Below are positions 9,050 through 16,355 of a stretch of DNA of 32,000 nt, in pieces. The stretch covers positions 160 to 32,159 of the forward strand of contig NZ_QEFP02000016.1 of NCBI RefSeq assembly GCF_003086415.1, read 5' to 3'. The notes beneath the pieces were generated by a model. The model ran no database searches and was not told the origin of the DNA. It was given only the letters and a program-made list of their open reading frames with translations. Position 1 is the stretch's first letter. Each line of letters starts with the position of its first letter. The position numbers and the translations under genes were made by a program. The stretch is from Candidatus Nanobsidianus stetteri (GTDB lineage: Archaea > Nanobdellota > Nanobdellia > Nanobdellales > Nanobdellaceae).

Positions 9050-9098
9050 TTATTATACCAAATTTTTATAAAAATGGTATAGTTACTATACCAAATAT
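9050..9098 (-). promoter_or_regulatory. 49-bp direct repeat, copy B; the promoter/operator region of AAA+ ATPase paralog 1
   Basis: The palindromic TATA element atttttataaaaat (9062-9075) is centred about 25 nt upstream of the ATG at 9042, which implies a leaderless mRNA. It is flanked by TATACCA (9054-9060), TGGTATA (9075-9081) and TATACCA (9087-9093). Confidence 0.6.
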
Positions 9099-9165
9099 TC
9101 AAGATTTTGTTTCATATATAAAACAATATCTACAGATTTTGTTTCATGAATTATACAAAATTCAA

Positions 9166-9576
9166 TCATAGTTCCAAAATTTTTATATTGTATTTTTTAG
9201 CTATTTTTTTCAAATCTTCATCGTAAGTAATAAATGGACAATTCAATCTTTTAACAATTGATAATAAAATAAAATCATTTAAATTACTCTTACTTAATTT
9301 TTTATTATTTTCCTTTATCATCTTTAAAGCTTCCTTAACATCTTTAATTTTTATGCTTTCTATTTCAAATAATTCTAAGTTATTTATTACTCTATAAATG
9401 GTATCAATATCATATATATATTCTATTAAAATCCCTAGAAATTAATAAATAACTACTTCTGGCAATATAATATCATAACTAGTCAATATGTTGATATTTT
9501 TCTGATGGTCTTCATAATCTTCAAATGTGGCTCTAACTAAAACATTTGTATCAATAACTATTCTTTCTTTTTCCAT
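9166..9576 (-). pseudogene. vapC: PIN-domain VapC toxin interrupted by a single in-frame TAA
   Basis: The minus-strand frame reads MEKERIVIDTNVLVRATFED...ILPEVVIY*FLGILIEYIYDID...NDFILLSIVKRLNCPFITYDEDLKKIAKKY. The PIN acidic positions are present (D in IVIDTN, E in PEVV, D in NDF, D in TYDED). The stop is codon 45 (9442-9444). The start overlaps the vapB stop by 19 nt. The ORF track misses it because it is split. Confidence 0.75.
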
Positions 9577-9821
9577 CTTTTTATTTCTGGATATTCTTCT
9601 TCAACAATATCTTTATCATATTTTTCTATAGCTTTATTTATATCTTCTTGAGTTAATTTTTTACCTAATCTTAATTTCACCCATTCTATTGGTTTAATAA
9701 TTATAGCATTATTTTTTTCATCTTCTTCTACTATTAAATATTGACCCTCTTTTATATTTAATTTTTTCCTAATTTTTGCTGGTATAGTTATTTGATAATT
9801 TCTAGTAACTTTTACTTTCAT
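9558..9821 (-). CDS. vapB: AbrB/SpoVT-family antitoxin (VapB-like)
   Basis: The N-terminal swapped-hairpin signature is KVTRNYQITIPAKIRKKLNIKEGQYL. At 87 aa it lies directly upstream of, and overlaps, the PIN frame. Confidence 0.8.
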   Translation of the reverse strand: MKVKVTRNYQITIPAKIRKKLNIKEGQYLIVEEDEKNNAIIIKPIEWVKLRLGKKLTQEDINKAIEKYDKDIVEEEYPEIKRWKKKE

Positions 9822-9958
9822 ACTATATTAATATATACTCTTGCCTATAAATTTTATATTAATACAATATTCTCTTTATTTATCTATTTCAACTTAAATT
9901 AATTGTAATAATTTGATTTTTTAAAATATTTAAAAATAAATAATTGGCAAACTAAAAA

Positions 9959-10360
9959 TTACATTCTAAATTGACCTCCCTGACCCCCCTGATAATTTGG
10001 ATATCCTGGATATTGTTGTTGTGGCATGCCCTGTCTCATCATTTGTTGTCTACCATAATTTCTCGCTATTTCATTTAAATCCCTTTGGACTAAATATGGC
10101 ATAATTATTCCTACAAGCAAGAATAGTATAAAGTATATTACTGCATTATCTTTTTTAGTAACATAAGCCCATCCTTCTGTATATCTATATAGCCAATATA
10201 TATTTACTATTGGTATAAAATATAGTATAAACGACGGTATATTTGCGCCCAATTCATTCAATTCATTTTTTGTCTTATACATCCAATATAAAAAGTATAT
10301 CCCTAATGTTACAAAACCTAATATATAAACAAGAAGTATATTTCTTTCCTTTAGCGCCAT
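9959..10360 (-). CDS. Small membrane protein, DUF4234-like, with a Q/G/P/Y-rich C-terminal tail
   Basis: LGFVTLGIYFLYWMYKTKNELNELG matches the GIY..yW.y....el signature I associate with DUF4234. There are 3-4 TM helices. The tail is RQQMMRQGMPQQQYPGYPNYQGGQGGQFRM. Confidence 0.6.
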   Translation of the reverse strand: MALKERNILLVYILGFVTLGIYFLYWMYKTKNELNELGANIPSFILYFIPIVNIYWLYRYTEGWAYVTKKDNAVIYFILFLLVGIIMPYLVQRDLNEIARNYGRQQMMRQGMPQQQYPGYPNYQGGQGGQFRM

Positions 10361-10398
10361 TTAATTTTATTTTCTACTATTATTTATAAATCTTTTTT

Positions 10399-12177
10399 CT
10401 AATTGTTTTTATATTTTTTTATATTTAAATAATCTTTAATAAAATTATACAACTCTTCACCAATCTTTTTCTCATTTTCCTTCATAACTTTAGACAAATC
10501 TTTTATTATTTCAATATTTTCTTCAATTATTTTTTCCTTTAAACTTATATCTGGTTTGCTTTCTAATTTTTCCAAATTTTCTTCCATTTTTCTTGTAAAG
10601 TTTATATCTAAAATATCTGGATAATATCTCTCAAATATTTCAACAATTTTTTTACCCAATTCGGTGATTTTTATTGATTTACCTTCTACGTATTTTCTCT
10701 TAAATAATATTTCAACAATATCCGCCCTTGTGCTTTTTGTTCCTAGATTCAATTCTTCCATTTTTTTAACTAGGGATGCTTTATTATATCTTGCTGGTGG
10801 TTTTGTTTTTTTCTTTGATATATAAACCTTATCTATAAACAATTTTTCTCCTACATTAAATTTTAAAGAAACAAAATTATCCTTATATTTTTCCCAATAA
10901 ATATCCAACCATCCCTTATATTTTATATCATAATAATCATAAACAAAATTTTCTTTTGTAATAACATTTATTTTATATATAATTGCAGGATCATAAAATG
11001 TAGCAATAAATCTCCTAACTACCAAATCATAAATTAATTTTTCCTTATATTCTAAATATTCTGGAATATTTCCTGTAGGATGTATTGCTGGATGTACATC
11101 ATCCTTAGATCCATTGTTTGGTTTTAAAATTTGTTTTTCCAATAAAAGAACAATATATTTCTTATAAGAATTTATTAATGATAAATTTGATAATATTTCT
11201 TTAAAGTTAATTGTTTCTGGTAATCTTTGGGAAGATGTTCTTGGATAAGATACATAACCCTTTTCATATAAAGATTGTAAAATATCTAAAGTTCTTTTTG
11301 GACTAATTTTATAATATTTATATGCATCCATCTGTATATCTGTTAAATTATATGGATGTGGAGGGTTTATTTTTTCCTCTTTTTTATCTACATTACTAAT
11401 AATTAAGTATTTTCCCAAATTATTTTTTATTTTGTTTGCTTCATCTTTATCCTTTATTTTATCTTTTATATATGAAAATTTCAACTTTTTATCATCCTTT
11501 ATAACCAAAGCTTCAACTTTATAATATTCTTCTGGTTTAAAATTTTCAATTTCTTTTTCTCTATTAAATACTAACATTAATGTTGGACCCTGGACCCTTC
11601 CAATGCTCAAAACAAATTTTCTAGTATAATAAAATAAAGACTTTGTTAATGCTCTAGATAAATTTATACCATACAACCAATCAATTATATGCCTTGTCTC
11701 TCCAGCATATATATATCCAAAATTTAAACTTTCTTTCCTATTATTAAAAGCTCTTACAATATCTTTATATGTTATTGCAGAAAATATCATTCTATCTGCA
11801 TTTTCTTTATTTAATACATATCTTAAAATGTTATAACCTATTAATTCTCCTTCTATATCATAATCTGTTGCGATTATTATATTATTTTCATTTTTAAATT
11901 TACTGAACATTTCAATATAATATTTCTTTGCAATAATTCTATCTTCAAAATATGATGGAACCCATCTATAATTGAATGTTGGATATTCATATTTTTTATC
12001 TAAATCTGATAATGTAAATAAATGACCAATTGAAGGGACAACGTATACATTTTTTCCTTCCAAATTAAAATAATAATAATATATATTTTTTGAAAATTTT
12101 ATTTTTTTATACTTATTATTTGATAAAAATGATGAAATTTTTCTAGCTACAGAAGGTTTTTCCGCAATTATTAGCAT
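10399..12177 (-). CDS. topA: Type IA DNA topoisomerase (Topo III-like, no C-terminal zinc fingers)
   Basis: The Toprim domain starts at residue 2 (LIIAEKPSVARKI), with DYDIEGE as the acidic Toprim motif and the active-site Tyr in GYVSYPRTSSQRL. Length is 592 aa. Confidence 0.85.
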   Translation of the reverse strand: MLIIAEKPSVARKISSFLSNNKYKKIKFSKNIYYYYFNLEGKNVYVVPSIGHLFTLSDLDKKYEYPTFNYRWVPSYFEDRIIAKKYYIEMFSKFKNENNIIIATDYDIEGELIGYNILRYVLNKENADRMIFSAITYKDIVRAFNNRKESLNFGYIYAGETRHIIDWLYGINLSRALTKSLFYYTRKFVLSIGRVQGPTLMLVFNREKEIENFKPEEYYKVEALVIKDDKKLKFSYIKDKIKDKDEANKIKNNLGKYLIISNVDKKEEKINPPHPYNLTDIQMDAYKYYKISPKRTLDILQSLYEKGYVSYPRTSSQRLPETINFKEILSNLSLINSYKKYIVLLLEKQILKPNNGSKDDVHPAIHPTGNIPEYLEYKEKLIYDLVVRRFIATFYDPAIIYKINVITKENFVYDYYDIKYKGWLDIYWEKYKDNFVSLKFNVGEKLFIDKVYISKKKTKPPARYNKASLVKKMEELNLGTKSTRADIVEILFKRKYVEGKSIKITELGKKIVEIFERYYPDILDINFTRKMEENLEKLESKPDISLKEKIIEENIEIIKDLSKVMKENEKKIGEELYNFIKDYLNIKKYKNN

Positions 12178-13256
12178 TAATTATATTTCTTAAATAATTC
12201 TATATAATTTTCGCATATTTTCTTTTTAATATTATTTCCATCATAACAAATACCAAATCCTCCCCCATGTTCCTTTCCCCATTCATTTACAATATCTCCA
12301 AATGTCCAAATAAATACTGGAATATCTGAAGAAATCTTTTTTGTATATTTTATTGTCTCTTCAATATATTTATATCTGGTTTTTTCTTCTTCATAATTTT
12401 TAGCATATAGACCTGTTTCTGTTATCCAAATATTATCAACTCCAGATAATTTTTTATAATGAAATATTACATTCTGAATATCTTTTGGATTATATGCATT
12501 TATTATCCTTAGTAATTTACTTCCAAGATAATTTTTTCCATACAAATTAAATCCAAAAGTTCCATAATAATTTATGTCTAATACATTATAATAATTCCTC
12601 AATTTTTTAATTTGATTTTCAAAAGATTTTAGCAAATTATTAAGTGTTATTCCTATATTTTCTGAATAAAGAGAATAAACATTAAAATGTATTATCTTTT
12701 CTCTTTTGAATTCATCGTAAATATATCCTTGTATTTCTTCTACATTTTCTAAAAATCTATTTAGATAAAAAATTCCACTTGGATTTATTAGAACATTCAT
12801 AAAATAAGTATTTATTGGCTCATTTACAGGACATATATGTTTTACATAGCCAAATATTTCTTTTACATTTTCTATATGATTTATAAAATACTTAAGAAAA
12901 TCTTTATCAAAAATACTTACCCAATTTCTCGGATATGTAAAATGTAATAATACCAAAAGTACATCAATTCCCTGATCTTTATATCTTTCTAATAAATATA
13001 AAATATTTTTTAATTTATTTTTATCTATTTTTCCATCTGAATTTTCTACATATGATGATAAATAAGATAGTCTAACATTTTTTACATTATATTGTAATGT
13101 TGAAAGTTCTATTAATTTATCTAAATCTGATTTATTATCTAAATTTATATTATTTCTTCTATTATCTAAAAATCTATATTTTTTATAGAATATATCATTC
13201 TCTATATTTGATTCTCTAGCAACCTGAACTAAGCTATAGGATATACCTATAGTCAT
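12177..13256 (-). CDS. Clan GH-A glycoside hydrolase, short GH1-like
   Basis: The acid/base motif is VNEPINTY and the nucleophile motif is IWITETG. LLHFTYPRNW and FIWTFGDIVNEWGKEHGGGFGI mirror the GH1 blocks (tLyHwD.P.wl; WSl.DnfEW..Gy..rfG). At 359 aa it is shorter than typical GH1 enzymes. Confidence 0.6.
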   Translation of the reverse strand: MTIGISYSLVQVARESNIENDIFYKKYRFLDNRRNNINLDNKSDLDKLIELSTLQYNVKNVRLSYLSSYVENSDGKIDKNKLKNILYLLERYKDQGIDVLLVLLHFTYPRNWVSIFDKDFLKYFINHIENVKEIFGYVKHICPVNEPINTYFMNVLINPSGIFYLNRFLENVEEIQGYIYDEFKREKIIHFNVYSLYSENIGITLNNLLKSFENQIKKLRNYYNVLDINYYGTFGFNLYGKNYLGSKLLRIINAYNPKDIQNVIFHYKKLSGVDNIWITETGLYAKNYEEEKTRYKYIEETIKYTKKISSDIPVFIWTFGDIVNEWGKEHGGGFGICYDGNNIKKKICENYIELFKKYN

Positions 13257-13362
13257 TGATATATATTATTTTTACTACTTATATATGATACCAAATATTT
13301 ATTATAAATTTCATATTTCCGACTTATTTATTCCTATATTTATCAATGTAGTCATTATATAA

Positions 13363-15090
13363 ATGAAAAGGCTATATTACTATATAATATTATTCTTATC
13401 ATCTGTTATAGTTCCCGAAATACCTTTTCTTATATTATTAGTGAATACTCAATATATAAGTATTCAATATTTTTTAATATCTTCAATTCCAATCATTATA
13501 GCATTTATTTTATTGTCATATTTATTTAGAGATTCAATTACAAGAGATCCGAATCCAATGGGTGTTTTTTACTATATATCTAAATTATCTAAATATTTAT
13601 TACCAATCTTTGGATTCTTTTATTACTTATCAATAATATCTTTTATTTCTTCCGAATTACTATTGATAAATAATTATTTCGAAATTATAAATCCATTTTT
13701 ATTCTTAATACCATATATATTAATATTTAATTTTATATTACTTAATCTATTTAACATAGATATTGAAAGTAAAATACAGGAAATTATTTCATATACTTCT
13801 ATTATATCTCTTATCATTTTAATTTTGCTTTTTATATTTCCAATAAATATGAATATTCAATACAATTCGATAAATCCATTTTTATTTACAATAGAATATA
13901 ATATAACAATATTTTCTGGTCTAGATATATTTACATACTATTCTAATTATTCAAACAATAGAAAAACTGGAAACGCTACTTTTTATGGGACAATACTTCT
14001 ATCAATAATTTCTATATTATTATATGTAAGTCTGTTAAATATTAAAACAGAAAATATTAGCAATATAATTATTTTAATATTTTTACCAATTAGTATATAT
14101 TCTACATATATATGGTTTTATACTGCAAATAAAATATTGGAAAATATATCAGAAAATAAATTATTACCATATTTCTTTAGAATAAAAAATAATAGGGATT
14201 CTCCAATTTTTAATATATTTCTATCCTCTTTTATTATTTTAACCTTCTTGTTTTTAAATAATTTTAATTATTTATTATCTTTTTTCTCATCCTTTACAAT
14301 TATTATATACGTACTATATATAATGTCTTATATAAAGATTAAAGTGGAGGGAAAAAATTTACATAAATGGAGATTGATAAAAATATTTATTGCTGTTTTT
14401 TCAATGACTGCTTTATCTTACCTTTTATTATATGATTTTCTAAGTGATATATATTCAATTATACTATCTTTTTCAATATCTATTATTATACTAATATTAA
14501 CATTATATATAACGTGGAAGAAAAATACAAAAATTATAAAATTCTACTTTTCTAAATTATATTTTATCCCATATTTAATTAGAAAAGTAAGATATAAAGA
14601 AGACATAAAAATAGTTGAATATTATGTAAAAGATGGATATAAAATATTAGATTTTGGCCCTTTTCTTGGGGATATATCCATAAATATAGCAAAAAAATAT
14701 AATGTAAAAGTTTATGCCCTAGATATATCTCAAAAAATTGTAAGAAAATTACAAAAAAGAACAAAAAATATGAAAAATTTCTTTGTATATATTGCAAAAA
14801 AAGATGAAATTCCAAAAATCTTCTATAATAACATTGATTTAATACTTATATATGAAACATTAAAATTCATTATAGATAAACATAAATTTGTAAAAAATAT
14901 ATATAGAACATTGAAAAATAATGGGTATTTAATATCAATAACTTATGCAAGCTTTCTAGAAATAAAAGATATAGAAGATGAAATTAAAAAAATCAGAGAA
15001 TTACTTGAATACCATAATATAAAGACTTTCTTAATAAAATCTCATAAAAGATTGTATACTAAATATATATTAATAGGTAAGAAAATTTAA
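13363..15090 (+). CDS. Fusion protein: polytopic APC-like permease domain plus a C-terminal class I SAM-methyltransferase-like domain
   Basis: The first roughly 390 aa are highly hydrophobic with many TM segments and APC-like blocks (NRKTGNATFYGTIL; KLLPYFFRIKNNRDSPIFNIF). The C-terminal roughly 170 aa have a methyltransferase layout: ILDFGPFLGDISINIAKKYNVKVYALDIS as motif I plus the acidic post-I residue, then LILIYETLKFI and NGYLIS. Confidence 0.6.
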   Translation: MKRLYYYIILFLSSVIVPEIPFLILLVNTQYISIQYFLISSIPIIIAFILLSYLFRDSITRDPNPMGVFYYISKLSKYLLPIFGFFYYLSIISFISSELLLINNYFEIINPFLFLIPYILIFNFILLNLFNIDIESKIQEIISYTSIISLIILILLFIFPINMNIQYNSINPFLFTIEYNITIFSGLDIFTYYSNYSNNRKTGNATFYGTILLSIISILLYVSLLNIKTENISNIIILIFLPISIYSTYIWFYTANKILENISENKLLPYFFRIKNNRDSPIFNIFLSSFIILTFLFLNNFNYLLSFFSSFTIIIYVLYIMSYIKIKVEGKNLHKWRLIKIFIAVFSMTALSYLLLYDFLSDIYSIILSFSISIIILILTLYITWKKNTKIIKFYFSKLYFIPYLIRKVRYKEDIKIVEYYVKDGYKILDFGPFLGDISINIAKKYNVKVYALDISQKIVRKLQKRTKNMKNFFVYIAKKDEIPKIFYNNIDLILIYETLKFIIDKHKFVKNIYRTLKNNGYLISITYASFLEIKDIEDEIKKIRELLEYHNIKTFLIKSHKRLYTKYILIGKKI

Positions 15091-15094
15091 TATA

Positions 15095-16105
15095 ATGATA
15101 AATTATTTCGAATTAAAGAAATGGTATAATGATAATGCTGAAAAAATAAATAATTCAATAGTAAAAAATATATATAATATTGAAGATGGAGTTGTTTTTG
15201 AATTATATAAGCCTGGTTTGGAAAATAGATTTTTATATATAATCCCGGGAAAAATTATTTTTCTATATAATGTTAAAGAAAGGGAAGAAATAAATAATTT
15301 TACACTAAAATTAAGGAAAGATTTTAATGAAACAAAAATAAATATTGAAATTGATAATAGTGATAAAATTATAATAATAAAAAATAATGAAAAAAAGTTA
15401 TATGTAGAGCTTTTTCCAAATGGGTTGTTAATTGTAACTGATTATAATGATATAATTTTATATGCAAACCAATATAAGAACTTTGGAGTAAGAAAGATAT
15501 TTAGAAATGAAAAATATACAAAACCACCAGGTTCCGTAAATATTATAAATAATATAAATGAATTTTTTGAAAAGGTAAATAATACAAATAAAAAGGATGT
15601 TGTAAGATTTTTAGCAGTAGATTTATCTTTGGGAGGAAAATATTCTGAATATATAGTAAAAAAAGCAAATATTGAAAAAAATAAAAGTCCAAAAGAATTA
15701 AATAAAGAAGAAATAGAAAAAATATATAATATTTATAATGAAATAGTAAACTTAAAGATATTAATAGATGAAAGTGGAAATATTATTGGGGATATTAATA
15801 AATATTTCATAAATCTTTATTTAAATAGTAGGGAAAATAAAAGGATAAGAAAATTAAATGAAGAAAAAGAAAAAATAAAAAGAATAATTGAGGAACAGAA
15901 AAGGTATTTGGAAGAAATTAATAAGGAAATTAATAAATTAGAGAAAATTGGTGAATTTTTAAACATATATTCATGGATATTCAAAGACTATGATGAAAAT
16001 AGTATAATAAAAAATTTTAGAGAACTTAATATTAATATAGATATTAAAAGGGATAATAAATATTTAATTGTTAATATAGATGATAAATATTTAGAGAATA
16101 AATAA
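15095..16105 (+). CDS. NFACT-N / RqcH (FbpA-like) N-terminal half only
   Basis: The N-terminus (YFELKKWYNDNAEKINNSIVKNIYNIEDGVVFELYKPG...RFLYIIPG) fits NFACT-N. This is followed by an HhH-like segment (VVRFLAVDLSLGGKYSEYIVKKANI) and the start of a coiled coil (RIRKLNEEKEKIKRIIEEQKRYLEEINKEINKLEK). The ORF ends at 336 aa without an NFACT-R part. Confidence 0.65.
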   Translation: MINYFELKKWYNDNAEKINNSIVKNIYNIEDGVVFELYKPGLENRFLYIIPGKIIFLYNVKEREEINNFTLKLRKDFNETKINIEIDNSDKIIIIKNNEKKLYVELFPNGLLIVTDYNDIILYANQYKNFGVRKIFRNEKYTKPPGSVNIINNINEFFEKVNNTNKKDVVRFLAVDLSLGGKYSEYIVKKANIEKNKSPKELNKEEIEKIYNIYNEIVNLKILIDESGNIIGDINKYFINLYLNSRENKRIRKLNEEKEKIKRIIEEQKRYLEEINKEINKLEKIGEFLNIYSWIFKDYDENSIIKNFRELNINIDIKRDNKYLIVNIDDKYLENK

Positions 16106-16198
16106 ATTCTTTTTTCTTTTATTTTTTATAAAATTTCTTCTTTTAAAATTTATATATTTACCCAATAAATATATAAATTTTTTCGGTAAGAATTATTA

Positions 16199-16354
16199 AT
16201 GGCAGAACAATATATGGCATACTGCGTCAGATGTAAGAAAAAGGTACCAGTACAGAATCCACAAAAGATTACATTAAAGAATGGAAGAACAGCAATAAAG
16301 GGAACATGTCCATATTGTAAGGGAACAGTATACGTATTTGTTAAGTCTGAATAG
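16199..16354 (+). CDS. Small zinc-ribbon protein (51 aa), absent from the ORF track
   Basis: Translation is MAEQYMAYCVRCKKKVPVQNPQKITLKNGRTAIKGTCPYCKGTVYVFVKSE. It has two CxxC pairs (CVRC, CPYC), a layout I associate with the DUF5679 type. GC is visibly higher than in the flanks. A T-rich/TATA-like region lies upstream at 16106-16198. Confidence 0.7.
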   Translation: MAEQYMAYCVRCKKKVPVQNPQKITLKNGRTAIKGTCPYCKGTVYVFVKSE

Positions 16355-16355
16355 G

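Noticed and set aside
9043-9102. The 20-codon N-terminal extension of the ATPase in the ORF track (MNIWYSNYTIFIKIWYNNND)
   Set aside because: It is encoded by the 49-bp repeat that contains the TATA palindrome and dyads. Met-21 (ATG at 9042) gives an N-terminus comparable to the paralog and a TATA-to-ATG distance of about 25 nt, so the extension is most likely untranslated.
10399-12177. The Topo IA gene considered as the topoisomerase half of a split reverse gyrase, as in N. equitans
   Set aside because: The Toprim start reads IIAEKPSVA, which is the Topo III-type EKPS signature as I recall it, rather than the ESPxKA form of reverse gyrase and bacterial Topo I. No helicase half is adjacent. 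The question cannot be settled without phylogeny, so I call it only type IA.
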